64,000 nt of DNA from Streptosporangiaceae bacterium (GTDB lineage Bacteria; Actinomycetota; Actinomycetes; Streptosporangiales; Streptosporangiaceae), in NCBI GenBank assembly GCA_035276345.1, contig DATELR010000211.1, positions 11,991-75,990 on the forward strand. The letters are read 5' to 3'. The translations under genes and the position numbers were made by a program. Below, one piece after another: positions 45,523-54,854 of the stretch. Position 1 is the stretch's first letter; each line of letters begins with the position of its first letter. Below the pieces are notes generated by a model. It ran no database searches. It saw only the letters and a program-made list of their open reading frames with translations, and was not told the origin of the DNA.

Positions 45523-45704
45523 CGGCCAGGGAACACATCGGCTAGCACGGTTGCCAGTCCGCGGATCTGGGCACCACCCTCCCGCAACGACCGGGACATA
45601 CCGGCCACGATCTCGCCGCGCTGGACATCGGCTGCTCGCAATTCGGCAGCGGACTTACAACGCTCTGCTTCCAATAGCTGATGGCTGTCATATGGCATCA
45701 ACAT
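45510..45704 (-). CDS. Possible 64-aa helical protein
   Basis: ATG 45704 is preceded by GGGGAGG with 6-nt spacing. Sequence is MLMPYDSHQLLEAERCKSAAELRAADVQRGEIVAGMSRSLREGG... GC3 is only about 60%, and I recognised no family. Confidence 0.35.
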   Translation of the reverse strand: MLMPYDSHQLLEAERCKSAAELRAADVQRGEIVAGMSRSLREGGAQIRGLATVLADVFPGRHRI

Positions 45705-45861
45705 GGCTGCCTCCCCGTCGGCACGTATGGCCGTGCCCATTGCTGCCAGCCTGCCAATAAGGCGGCTGCTTTGGCATCGGGAGGATCTCTTAAAAGAGCG
45801 CAGGCTGGGGACTTAAATGCAGGCCGGGGGCGGTCGCGCGAGCTAAGGCACCGCGCGCCGG

Positions 45862-46725
45862 TTAGCCGGGCTCGACCATCCGCCAGCGCGCTTCGCACCA
45901 GGAGTAGACGCCGAAGATCACCAGCCCGAGAGCGACAACGAGCAGCGCCCACGGGCCCAGCGGGGTATCCGCAGTCTTGCGCAGCGAGCCGTCCAGGCCT
46001 TCTGCTTTCTGCGGGTCGAAACTGACTGCCGCGTTGACGAGGAACGCCCCGATGATGCAGAACACCACTCCGCGGGCAAGGTAGCCGGCGACCCCCAGCC
46101 CCTCGACGACCCTGCGGGCAGTCGCGCTCATCTGCGCCGTACGCAGGAAGGCGGCGAACCTGCGGCGGATCCCGTAGACGCCGATGGCCACGCCGGCGAT
46201 GGCGAAGGCGATGCCTATCGCTGCGATGAGCACCTGGCCTCCGCTATGGGCGAGCAGCCGCGCGGTGACCGTCTTTGACTGAGTATCGCTGGAGCTGCTG
46301 CGGCTGGCGCCCAGATTGAAGTCGACGACGATGCCGCAGACGCAGCCATAGACCACTCCCAGCGCCAGCGATACGAGCCGGGCGCGCCCTGACTGGCCGC
46401 CCGGTCCTGCCTGGCCGTAGGCAGTCTCGGCGAGCCGCCACAGGGCCAGCCCGGCGAAGCCAGCTGCCAAAAGCCACAGCACGACGATCCCGCCCGGGTA
46501 ACCGGAGAGGGTGCGGAGCGCGCCGGTAGTGTCGGCCTGCTTCTGATGAGAGCCAAAGGCGATCCCGATGGCCAGCGAACCGACGAGCAGGTAATTCACT
46601 CCGCGCGCCACCAGGCCGCCGCGGGCCAGCCCGCGCATCCACCTGCTGTCGGCGGCTTCGCGGCCCACGAAGCCGGCCTTGCGTCCGGCCCTCCTGGCCG
46701 CGTCGGCAGACACCGACCGTGCCAC
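45862..46725 (-). CDS. DUF1206 domain membrane protein
   Basis: Has three repeats of the ARG(V/L)xYxxxGxxAxxxA type: LVARGVNYLLVGSLAIGIAF, LGVVYGCVCGIVV and LARGVVFCIIGAFLVNAAV. Confidence 0.75.
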   Translation of the reverse strand: MARSVSADAARRAGRKAGFVGREAADSRWMRGLARGGLVARGVNYLLVGSLAIGIAFGSHQKQADTTGALRTLSGYPGGIVVLWLLAAGFAGLALWRLAETAYGQAGPGGQSGRARLVSLALGVVYGCVCGIVVDFNLGASRSSSSDTQSKTVTARLLAHSGGQVLIAAIGIAFAIAGVAIGVYGIRRRFAAFLRTAQMSATARRVVEGLGVAGYLARGVVFCIIGAFLVNAAVSFDPQKAEGLDGSLRKTADTPLGPWALLVVALGLVIFGVYSWCEARWRMVEPG

Positions 46726-46881
46726 TGCACCTCCAACGCGGCCCAGCCCGCGAACACAGCGACGGCCGCGAGACTGCAGATCAAGGACTGCACTCTCCCC
46801 GAGGGCTCACTGCCCAAACAACTCCGTGTGCCGCTACGCCGACCGATGGTTGGGCTCGGCCGCTACGGGTAGCCGGCCGCG

Positions 46882-47412
46882 ATGAAGACAGTCACGCAGG
46901 TAAGGCAGCGGCTTTCTGCGGTCGCCCATGCCCAGGCCAGGCAGTACGCGGGCGGCGACGAGCGACCGCTCAGAGGTTATGCGCTGACGATGAGCGTGTA
47001 CGCAGGCACCGTGGCGGCAATCACCGCGGCGGTCCGGCTGACTGGCAAACCTGTTCCTGATCGGCCCTCCGCCGCGGACCTGGCGCTGTGCGCAGCATCA
47101 ACGCACAAGCTCAGCAGGCTGATCGCTAAGGATCCGGTCACGAGCCCGCTGCGCGCACCGTTCACCGCTTATAAGGGCACTCAAGGGCCGTCAGAGCTCG
47201 CCGAGGAAGTCCGCGGCCAAGGAGGCAGGAAGACCGTAGGCGAACTGCTCACCTGTCCGTTCTGCACCAGCATGTGGGTGGCGACCGGCCTCACTGCAGG
47301 AATGCTGCTGGTGCCACGCACCACCAGGCTTGCCATGGGCACGCTCACCGCGCTGACGGGCGCCGACATCCTCCAGTTCGTGCACGCCGGGCTCGAGAAG
47401 CTGACAAGCTGA
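46882..47412 (+). CDS. DUF1360 domain membrane protein
   Basis: Sequence features are ...STHKLSRLIAKDPVTSPLRAPF...LLTCPFCTSMWVATGL... Confidence 0.72.
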   Translation: MKTVTQVRQRLSAVAHAQARQYAGGDERPLRGYALTMSVYAGTVAAITAAVRLTGKPVPDRPSAADLALCAASTHKLSRLIAKDPVTSPLRAPFTAYKGTQGPSELAEEVRGQGGRKTVGELLTCPFCTSMWVATGLTAGMLLVPRTTRLAMGTLTALTGADILQFVHAGLEKLTS

Positions 47413-47464
47413 CCCGCATCACGGCCCATCAGGACGTAGATCGTCCGGAAGCGCTTGTACGGTT

Positions 47465-48040
47465 GTGCCCATGCCGTACGTAGTCCGTCCACTTGACGAG
47501 TCCACCTGGGATGTCTTCGCAGAGCTCGTCGAGCGCAATAACGGCATCTTCGGCGGATGCTGGTGCATCGGCTTTCACCTCCAGCCAGGCGAACGAGGGA
47601 CGATCGACTATCGCGCGGCGAAGGAGGCCAGGGTTCGGGAGGGTCGCGCGCATGCGGCGCTGGTCCTTGATGACGACGGGATCGCGCAAGGGTGGTGCCA
47701 GTACGGCAGCCCGGATGAACTGCCGAACATCAAGCACGGCCGCGAATACCGCAAGGATGCGCCGCCGTGGCCGGACTGGCGGATCACGTGCTTCTACGTA
47801 GACACGAAGCATCGAGGCCAGGGCATCGCCCGGGCCGCGCTGGAGGGGGCGCTCGACCAGATCGCCGAGGCTGGGGGAGGCCGGGTTGAAGCCATCCCTG
47901 AGGTAGTTGCTGGCCGCCAGGCTCAGGGCCGTTTCTTGTTCAGCGCAACGGTGGAGCTTTTCGAGGAGTACGGATTCTCCCGGAGCCGCCAAGTAGGCAA
48001 GCACGCATGGATCGTGGCCAGGCACGTCGACCCGGCTTAA
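47465..48040 (+). CDS. GNAT-family N-acetyltransferase
   Basis: The acetyl-CoA motif region is ...FYVDTKHRGQGIARAALEGAL... The start is GTG 47465 or ATG 47471. Confidence 0.8.
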   Translation: MPMPYVVRPLDESTWDVFAELVERNNGIFGGCWCIGFHLQPGERGTIDYRAAKEARVREGRAHAALVLDDDGIAQGWCQYGSPDELPNIKHGREYRKDAPPWPDWRITCFYVDTKHRGQGIARAALEGALDQIAEAGGGRVEAIPEVVAGRQAQGRFLFSATVELFEEYGFSRSRQVGKHAWIVARHVDPA

Positions 48041-48065
48041 CCGAGGAGAAGCTCATCTGGTCGGC

Positions 48066-48461
48066 TTAGACCGACCGTGCCTTGGGCGCATCATCGGAGT
48101 CGATCCCGAAGGAAATGATTCGCACTGGCTGGATGCGGACGATGGTGTCCTCGAACCGCTCACCGAATGCCTTGCCGCCGGTCGGAAATACGGCCGCCGT
48201 CCCGCGGATTTCGATCATCCGCGGCTGCCATGGCGGGCGCACGTCATCGATCACGATGCTCGCCCGGCCGGTCCGCTGGACATCGCGGAGCTTCTTAGTC
48301 TGGCTCATCCGCAAGCCGCCCACGTCGATCGCGTCGTGCTCGGAGTTGTAGCGAAACGACGTCGGCACCACGTGCGGCTGCCCGTCCGGCCCAACCGTCG
48401 CTATCCTGCCGAGCCGTTGTTCTGCTAGGTAGTCGATTTCGGCTGTCGTGAATGCGCTCAT
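48066..48461 (-). CDS. PPOX-class probable F420-dependent oxidoreductase
   Basis: Sequence is MSAFTTAEIDYLAEQRLGRIATVGPDGQPHVVPTSFRYN...ASIVIDD...IEIRGTA. Confidence 0.78.
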   Translation of the reverse strand: MSAFTTAEIDYLAEQRLGRIATVGPDGQPHVVPTSFRYNSEHDAIDVGGLRMSQTKKLRDVQRTGRASIVIDDVRPPWQPRMIEIRGTAAVFPTGGKAFGERFEDTIVRIQPVRIISFGIDSDDAPKARSV

Positions 48462-48582
48462 GCCCGGCTAACCGGCTGGCCCCGTCGGGCATTCCGCTCG
48501 CATGGGCCGGGCGAGTCAGGGTAGGGCACTGAATCGGCTGCCAGAGCCTGGCTCAGCAGGCCGGAACCGGGGATGGAGGGCT

Positions 48583-48840
48583 ATGACGGAGGAGCCGGTC
48601 AGGCAGAACGTGGCAGATGTCTTGGGCTTGCTGCGCGCTGTCCGGAGCGGCGAGACCGAAATGCTCACCCGGGCCGTATGTGAATTGACGCTTGACGAGC
48701 TCTGGCAAGGATTCATTGTCTCGCTCGCACTGTTGTCGACGCTTGCCGATGCAATGGACGAGCAGCGGACTGCCGCTGGCCTCGAGCCCGCCGCTGATCG
48801 CTTTCTTGAGGACCTTGCCCGCAACCTCACAATTGACTAG
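48583..48840 (+). CDS. Hypothetical 85-aa helical protein
   Basis: ATG 48583 follows GGAGGG. Sequence is MTEEPVRQNVADVLGLLRAVRSGETEMLTRAVCELTLDELWQGF... I recognised no family. Confidence 0.45.
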   Translation: MTEEPVRQNVADVLGLLRAVRSGETEMLTRAVCELTLDELWQGFIVSLALLSTLADAMDEQRTAAGLEPAADRFLEDLARNLTID

Positions 48841-49038
48841 GAGACCGATGAGCTCAGGAGCCCGCGACCGGGTGTGTCAACCCATGCGCTAGGCCAGCCT
48901 GATCCATGCGGCAGTCGAGGAACTCGGCCATGGCAGAGTTGTACGCTGGCCTTATCAGCTGGGCATTCCCCTGTAATCGTGCCCGCTCGGGCGTGCTCGC
49001 CTTCGCGGGCCGCTGCTGCAAGCGGCGGAGGTAGGACA

Positions 49039-50253
49039 GTGGCGGTGTCGGCAGACCTGGCCTCGGACAGCAGGCTCCGGGATCTCCAGTCGTTGATGGA
49101 TTCGAGCCTGTCGCGGCTTGGCGAGCAGGAGCTGCTGGATGAACTAGTCGCCAGGGTCAGGCAGGTCTTCGGTGCGGACACGGCCGCTGTGCTGCTGCTG
49201 GACACGTCCGCAAGTCAGCTCGTCGCGACGGCCGCTGCAGGTCTGGAAGAAGAGGTACGGCAGGGCGTACGGATACCGGTTGGCACAGGCTTCGCCGGCC
49301 GGATCGCGGCTGACCGCCGGGCAGTGGTGCTCAACCGGGTAGACGAGACCACGGTTTTCAACCCGATCTTGCTGGATAAGGGAATCCGCGCACTGCTCGG
49401 CGTCCCGCTGATCGCGGGCGGGCGGCTGGTGGGCGTGCTGCATGTCGGCTCGCTGACTCCGCGGGTATTCACCCGTCAAGAGGCTGAGTTGCTGCAGGTG
49501 GCTGGCGACCGGGCGGCCGCGGCGGTCCAGTCGCTGGCCTCATGGGAGGACCAGCGTGCGGCCGCCGCGCTGCAGCGGGGCCTGCTGCCTGCTGCTCTGC
49601 CCGCATTTCCTGGCCTGGAGATGGCAGGCAGGTACATCACAGGAACCGGCAATTTCGGCGGCGACTGGTACGACGTGTTCCAGCTGCCCTCGGGCGAGCT
49701 TGGCCTGGTGATCGGCGATGTTGCGGGCTCCGGGCTCGCTGCCGCGGTCGTGATGGAGCGGATGCGCAGCGCGCTGCGCGCATACTCGCTGCAAACCGAT
49801 GACCCGGCAGAAGTGCTGTGCCGGCTGGACAGGAAGATGCACCATTTCGAGCCTGACGCGATGGCCACGGTGCTCTACGGAATCCTCAGCCAGGACGCTT
49901 CTTCCATGCGGGTGTCCTCAGCCGGGCACCTCCCTCCGGTCTACGCCAAGCCCGGCGAGCCGGCCGGATTCGCGCCAATGACCCAGGATCTCCTGATCGG
50001 CGTTGATACCCAGACGCATCGCCATGTCCAGACTGTGCGCATTGATCCGGGCAGCGTGTTCTGCTGCTATACGGACGGGCTGATCGAGCGGCCCGGCGAG
50101 CCGCTCGATGCGGGTTTCGAGCGCCTCCGCCGGTCGGTTTCGGCATCACCGGCGGAGGCTGTGACCGCTACGGTCATGCGGGACTTGGTGGGCACAGACA
50201 CGCCGCGCGACGACATTGCGCTCCTCGTGCTGAGGCGAACCGAACCTAGCTGA
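49039..50253 (+). CDS. GAF domain-containing PP2C/SpoIIE-family serine phosphatase
   Basis: GTG 49039 lies 7 nt after GGAGG. The GAF region is LLDELVARVRQVFGADTAAVLLLD...GVLHVGS. The PP2C region is GGDWYDVFQLPSGELGLVIGDVAGSG...LLVLRR. The start is uncertain, because the ORF opens at 48874. Confidence 0.82.
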   Translation: MAVSADLASDSRLRDLQSLMDSSLSRLGEQELLDELVARVRQVFGADTAAVLLLDTSASQLVATAAAGLEEEVRQGVRIPVGTGFAGRIAADRRAVVLNRVDETTVFNPILLDKGIRALLGVPLIAGGRLVGVLHVGSLTPRVFTRQEAELLQVAGDRAAAAVQSLASWEDQRAAAALQRGLLPAALPAFPGLEMAGRYITGTGNFGGDWYDVFQLPSGELGLVIGDVAGSGLAAAVVMERMRSALRAYSLQTDDPAEVLCRLDRKMHHFEPDAMATVLYGILSQDASSMRVSSAGHLPPVYAKPGEPAGFAPMTQDLLIGVDTQTHRHVQTVRIDPGSVFCCYTDGLIERPGEPLDAGFERLRRSVSASPAEAVTATVMRDLVGTDTPRDDIALLVLRRTEPS

Positions 50254-50407
50254 ACCCGGGCTGCTCCCGGCTTTCTCGCAGCGGGCTGAACGCCGCACGG
50301 ATCTCGGTCGCGAAAAGCTCAGGCTCTTCCCAGGCGGCGAAGTGCCCGCCTTTAGGCGCCTCATTGAAGTAGGTCAGGCTGGGACCGACACCGCGACGCT
50401 GGGTGAC
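50246..50407 (-). pseudogene. Orphan C-terminal fragment of an epoxide hydrolase (EHN-type alpha/beta hydrolase)
   Basis: My hand translation of the minus strand gives VTQRRGVGPSLTYFNEAPKGGHFAAWEEPELFATEIRAAFSPLRESREQPGFS*. An in-frame TGA lies immediately upstream. The ~330 N-terminal codons expected for this family are absent. Confidence 0.6.
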
Positions 50408-50418
50408 TCAGCGCCGGT

Positions 50419-50910
50419 CTATTGCTGAGCTGTGCGCCTTGCGGGGCCGGCCGCTGCCGTGTGGCGCGTGCGGGGGACGATCCGGCGGAAAACTGGCTCG
50501 AGGCGAGTCAGGCGCCGGCGGGCAGCGTGCCGGTCAGGGCGAAAGACGGGCTCGGCCTCGGTGGTGCACTCGGCCACCGCTACGCCTCGAGGCTCATCCA
50601 GGTAATCGATGTCCACGACCGCGTCCAGGGTCACGAGAGACGGATTCGGCCACCCACGTGGCGGCTCCCTGGACCAGATTTCGATGCCCGCCTTCGTGGC
50701 GACGATGCTCAGCACCACATTGCCGCTCGCCGGCCCGCTCGACCTGGAGGCACGACGACGTGCCGCCGAGTCAGGGGCGGTGTCGTACGGACGGCGCTTG
50801 CCGCCGATGACGGCCCGGTAGATACGGCCATCCCACTGGTAGGTAAGAGATCGCACCGGTCTTGAATCTTGCGGGCGCGGGAATGCGCGCGCGATGTGCT
50901 CGACGTCCAT
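50419..50910 (-). CDS. Hypothetical protein (about 163 aa, family not recognised)
   Basis: GC3 is about 70% in this frame. Sequence is MDVEHIARAFPRPQDSRPVRSLTYQWDGRIYRAVIGGKRRPYD... Alternative starts are at 50925 and 50934. No clear SD. The ORF-track start at 51147 is unlikely. Confidence 0.45.
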   Translation of the reverse strand: MDVEHIARAFPRPQDSRPVRSLTYQWDGRIYRAVIGGKRRPYDTAPDSAARRRASRSSGPASGNVVLSIVATKAGIEIWSREPPRGWPNPSLVTLDAVVDIDYLDEPRGVAVAECTTEAEPVFRPDRHAARRRLTRLEPVFRRIVPRTRHTAAAGPARRTAQQ

Positions 50911-51082
50911 GCTGCTTCTGATCATGGTCCGCATCCGGGGCGTATCGGCAGTTAGTAAGTTAACACCGACTGGCCGACCTTGACACCCCCCGGGGCCTCG
51001 GCAGCTGGTCCGAACTCTGGCCGGTGTGGCGGCCCGCAGATCCGGGAACGCAGCAGAAGACATTGCCCGGGGAGGCGGATTG

Positions 51083-51313
51083 ATGAGCAAATTCGAGGCG
51101 GGGGACCGGGTGCGCAGTGACAACAACCCGGAGGGCGGCATCGGCACGGTGCTGGCGTGGAATGACCCGCGCTGCCTGTTCTCGCCAGAGGACTGGTCGG
51201 GTCACGCCGCTGTCGCCTGGGAGGATGAGTCCGTCACGATCGTGGCCGACGGAGTATTGAACACGGCGGAGACGGTCGACTGGGACGAAGAGGCCGAGGG
51301 GCCAGAGGAGTAA
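51083..51313 (+). CDS. Hypothetical 76-aa acidic protein
   Basis: ATG 51083 follows GGGGAGG. Sequence is MSKFEAGDRVRSDNNPEGGIGTVLAWNDPRCLFSPEDWSGHAAVAWEDESV... Confidence 0.5.
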   Translation: MSKFEAGDRVRSDNNPEGGIGTVLAWNDPRCLFSPEDWSGHAAVAWEDESVTIVADGVLNTAETVDWDEEAEGPEE

Positions 51314-51342
51314 CGCGGTCGCGCTGCCTCCTTGATGGGGCG

Positions 51343-52326
51343 CTACATATTCGGTACGCCGAGATACGGGAAGCTGCTCTGCATGTCGCCGTGCGGCTTG
51401 AGACCCGTCGGCGGGACCTTGCCGTGGCTAAGCCAGGCGAAGCGCATGCTGTACACGTCGTCGGTCAGGAAGCGGCCGTTCGGGTACGCGGCGGGCTGAC
51501 TGCGGTCATAGCGGAGAATATCGGGCAGATCCATGAGTGCAGCTTCGGTCGCTTCCTCTGGCGGGTAGCCACCGTTCTCGAGGAGCTTGGACCAAGGCGA
51601 GAGGTAGTTCGCAACGTCGTCGGCTGGCTGCCTGGAGTTGTAAAGGTTCTTTTCGCCGTCGGGATTGATGAACGGGTTAATCGTCGGGTTGCCGCCTCTG
51701 TCCATCTGCGTGAGCATGCCGTCGTGGTACTGGCTGATGGACGCCCAGATGCCGACCATCGGACCAGCGCCAAGCATGTCGTCCGGTACTTCAAGCGCGA
51801 TCGAGAAGACGTCGTTTCCGGCGAAGTCGTCGTGCCCGGTCCACTGAAATCCGTGCAGGGCTCCTTCGATGTCAGCGAAGAACGGGTCACTGCGCGCTCC
51901 GGCGAAAATGCGGATCCCTTCCGCTTCTACGGGTTGCGCCATCGCGCCGAAGCTGACCGGGATGGACGACGCGAGCACAGTGCCGGCCGGTCCGGGCTCG
52001 CGGGCATCGGCCTCGGTGGCGTAGTAGGCCGTACCGGTTTGAATGCCGTCCGCCGGTTCGGAGAAGGTGAAGGTGAACGCGGTGTCGGCCTGAGCGTCGC
52101 CGTCGTCGTCGATGTTGATCCGGTAAACCGCTCCCGGGTGAAAATCCCGGCTGGTGATCACATTCGGGGGCAGTCCGTCGGGAGGCCTGATCGTCGGGTT
52201 CGAGTCGACGATCAGCACCGTCTTGCCTGGGTCTTCGTCAGACTTGAATGCGAAAACGTCGGTGAGATCCAGCCGGGTGTCGTCGCCCGGATACCTGAGG
52301 TTGTCTGAGCTGAAGTGATTCGACAT
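51343..52326 (-). CDS. DUF4331 domain-containing protein
   Basis: ATG 52326 follows AGGAG. Sequence is MSNHFSSDNLRYPGDDTRLDLTDVFAFKSDEDPGKTVLIVDSNP..., which resembles the DUF4331 N-terminal signature. The family call is from memory. Confidence 0.65.
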   Translation of the reverse strand: MSNHFSSDNLRYPGDDTRLDLTDVFAFKSDEDPGKTVLIVDSNPTIRPPDGLPPNVITSRDFHPGAVYRINIDDDGDAQADTAFTFTFSEPADGIQTGTAYYATEADAREPGPAGTVLASSIPVSFGAMAQPVEAEGIRIFAGARSDPFFADIEGALHGFQWTGHDDFAGNDVFSIALEVPDDMLGAGPMVGIWASISQYHDGMLTQMDRGGNPTINPFINPDGEKNLYNSRQPADDVANYLSPWSKLLENGGYPPEEATEAALMDLPDILRYDRSQPAAYPNGRFLTDDVYSMRFAWLSHGKVPPTGLKPHGDMQSSFPYLGVPNM

Positions 52327-52591
52327 GGTGACTCCTATGCTGCTGTGCGTGGGCCAAGTTTCAGCTGCTGAGGAGGTCCAGCCGCGCGGATGCCGCTCGT
52401 TGGTATCCACGATTCCACGCGCCAGCGGAGACGACGCGGCCAGGGCGAGCCGAGCGCGAGGTGCACCCAGATGCTTGGCTGTGACCGGACGTGGGTCACA
52501 AGTGCCCGTATGAACGGATCTAATTGCCCAGCTGGCGTAGCCCAGACTGCAGGGCCGACCGGCCCCGCGGTGTCGGCCTGATCCGGTGAGC

Positions 52592-52999
52592 TCAGCCGAG
52601 AGTGGACATCAGCTCCTGACAGGCTTGCTCACACCGCCGGCAGGCCTGGGCGCAGACGCGGCAGTGCTCATGCATCTGTGCGTGCCGCTCGCACTCATCA
52701 GCGCAGGACCGGCATGCGGTCGCGCACGCCTGGAGCACAGCGCGGGTGAGGTTGGCGTCGTAGCCCGTGTGCCGTGACAGCACCCGTCCAGTGGTGTCAC
52801 ATATGTCCGCGCAGTCCAGGTCGGTGCGGATGCACTTGACCAGGTGGGCGACATCCGCCTCGCTCAAGCATGCGTCAGCGCATGCTGTGCAAGTCTGCGA
52901 GCAATCGAAGCACTCGGCGATACACCTGGCTAGCGCCGCCTGGTTGACGTCGCCGAGATCGGCCGGGTAGGTGCGCAACATCTCCTCGGCGTGGGTCAT
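52592..52999 (-). CDS. Cysteine-rich four-helix-bundle copper-binding protein (DUF326 repeats)
   Basis: 135 aa with 18 Cys in repeated CxxxC/CxxC helices: CIAECFDCSQTCTACADAC, CIRTDLDCADIC, CATACRSCADEC and CRVCAQACRRCEQAC. Confidence 0.82.
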   Translation of the reverse strand: MTHAEEMLRTYPADLGDVNQAALARCIAECFDCSQTCTACADACLSEADVAHLVKCIRTDLDCADICDTTGRVLSRHTGYDANLTRAVLQACATACRSCADECERHAQMHEHCRVCAQACRRCEQACQELMSTLG

Positions 53000-53163
53000 C
53001 GCTACCTCCGATCATCGATGCTGGTTTGTCGGGCGATACCCACTCGAGGGCATCGGCCAACACCGCACGCTCGCCGGGCTGCGGATAATGACTGAGCAGG
53101 CCACGAAAGGAGCCAGGGCTGTCGGGAGAGGACAGGCGGCCACCGCCGCTGCAGAACCGGGTC

Positions 53164-53787
53164 ATGCCGACCGGAGAGATCGTCTCGCATCCCGGACGAG
53201 GGATGCTGATGGGAAACCGCGGCTGCATCCACAAGCCTGACCGGACGCTCGGGGTGGCCCGCTGGCGCAGCAAGTTGTGGATCTCCTGCGTGCTCGACTT
53301 TCGTGGCTGGAAGCGGGACGTGATGCCGCCCGGGCGGTGGACGGCGTTGTTCTTCCTGGACGAGGCGACGGCACTGGCTGCCGGCCACCGGCCGTGCGGT
53401 TACTGCCGCGCCGCCGACCATCAGTGGTTTGGCGAGAGCTGGCGGGCAGCTAAGAGACTGACAGCACGTCCCACGGCCGCCCAGATGGATTCCGCACTGC
53501 ACGCCGAACGCGTAGACGGGCGAACCAGGCGTCAGTCGACGCGCCAGGTTGTGCTGGGCGAATTGCCGGACGGAGCCATGGTCAGCTACGAGGGCTTCCC
53601 GGCACTGCGCGCCGGGAACGCGCTGCTGCCCTGGTCATTCGCCGGCTATGGGCCGCCAATCCTGCAGTCGCCTGGCTTGCTAGTCGAACTGCTGACGCCG
53701 CCGACGATTGTAGGTGCGCTGCACGCCGGGTATCGGCCGCTCGTGCACCCGAGCGCCGGACCGACCTCGATGCGGGAGTTTCCGTAA
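53164..53787 (+). CDS. Conserved hypothetical protein with an Ada-like GHRPCxxC motif
   Basis: Sequence features are ...GNRGCIHKPDRTL...LFFLDEATALAAGHRPCGYCRAAD... The last segment resembles the end of the Ada N-terminal Zn-binding motif (FF..eA..aGfRPCkRC). Confidence 0.55.
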   Translation: MPTGEIVSHPGRGMLMGNRGCIHKPDRTLGVARWRSKLWISCVLDFRGWKRDVMPPGRWTALFFLDEATALAAGHRPCGYCRAADHQWFGESWRAAKRLTARPTAAQMDSALHAERVDGRTRRQSTRQVVLGELPDGAMVSYEGFPALRAGNALLPWSFAGYGPPILQSPGLLVELLTPPTIVGALHAGYRPLVHPSAGPTSMREFP

Positions 53788-53802
53788 GCTGTGGATACGC
53801 CG

Positions 53803-54138
53803 TCACTCCCAGAGCGGTCTCACTTCGATCGCTCCGCCGTCGGCCGCTGGATGCCTTGCCGCGATCTCAAGGGCGTCCGCCATATCCCGGCACTCGATAA
53901 TGTCGAAGCCGCCCATCTGTTCCTTCGTTTCGGCAAACGGGCCATCCGATACCAGCACCTCGCCATTGCGAACGCGGACGGTGCTGGCATCGGTGCTCGG
54001 CCGGAGCCTGGCGCCGCCGCGCCGGATTCCCCTGCTGTCAATTTCTGCTGCCCATAGCTGAATCTCCGGCAGTGCGGACACTTCGGCCGGGGTCAGGACC
54101 CTCGACTCGTCGTCGCAGATCATCAGCATGTACTTCAT
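53803..54138 (-). CDS. YciI-family protein
   Basis: Sequence is MKYMLMICDDES...VSDGPFAETKEQMGGFDIIECRDMADALEIAARHP. Confidence 0.85.
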   Translation of the reverse strand: MKYMLMICDDESRVLTPAEVSALPEIQLWAAEIDSRGIRRGGARLRPSTDASTVRVRNGEVLVSDGPFAETKEQMGGFDIIECRDMADALEIAARHPAADGGAIEVRPLWE

Positions 54139-54854
54139 GATTCCCCTTCGGGTCCGGCGTTCCGGCCTTCATCGCTGAACGCAAGGAGTTCGACCAGGCG
54201 CTGCAGCTCGGCGTTGCCCGCTCTAAGGTGCTTGGTTAGCTGAGCCCGGGCCCACGAGCGGCTGCCCCGCAGGGCCTCAAGCAGCTCGCGGTGGTCATCT
54301 GCCGTGCGGCCGAGCTGGCGGCTGGACTGCTCGGCGAGTGCGAGCGCCAGCCGCTGCTCCTGCTGGAGCTGGGCGTGGAACCGTGATAGCCGCGGGCTGC
54401 CGGCGGCCGAGACCAGGGTTGCGTGGAAAAGCCGGTCCGCTTCCAGCACGCGCGTCGTGTCCCCGGTTGCGTGCGCGTCTTCGATTCGCTCAACCAGATC
54501 AGCCAGCCTTTTGTAAATAGCAGAGTCACGGTTCGCTGTCAGGGCATTCACTCCTGCCAGCTCCGCGGCCGAGCGGGCGGCGTAGATATCACGGACGTCG
54601 TCGGCAGTGACCTCAGTGACCACGATGCCACGGTTCATCTGGTACCGGACCAGGCTCTCGCCTTCGAGAATTCGGGCGGCCTCGCGGATGGTGTTGCGCG
54701 ACACGGCGAGCTCGGCGGCGAGCGCAGCTTCGCGAAGTGGCGTGCCGGGAGCTATCTGGCCAGAGAGGATCGCGTCGCGGATCGCGCCGGCGGCCTGCCC
54801 GCTGGTCGATTGTCGCTGGATCGTGGTGCCGATGCCGGCCAGAAGCCTGGTCAT
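54135..54854 (-). CDS. GntR-family (FadR/FCD subtype) transcriptional regulator
   Basis: The wHTH region is ...IRDAILSGQIAPGTPLREAALAAELAVSRNTIREAARILEGESLV, followed by an all-helical C-terminal domain. It overlaps both neighbours by 4 nt. Confidence 0.88.
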   Translation of the reverse strand: MTRLLAGIGTTIQRQSTSGQAAGAIRDAILSGQIAPGTPLREAALAAELAVSRNTIREAARILEGESLVRYQMNRGIVVTEVTADDVRDIYAARSAAELAGVNALTANRDSAIYKRLADLVERIEDAHATGDTTRVLEADRLFHATLVSAAGSPRLSRFHAQLQQEQRLALALAEQSSRQLGRTADDHRELLEALRGSRSWARAQLTKHLRAGNAELQRLVELLAFSDEGRNAGPEGES

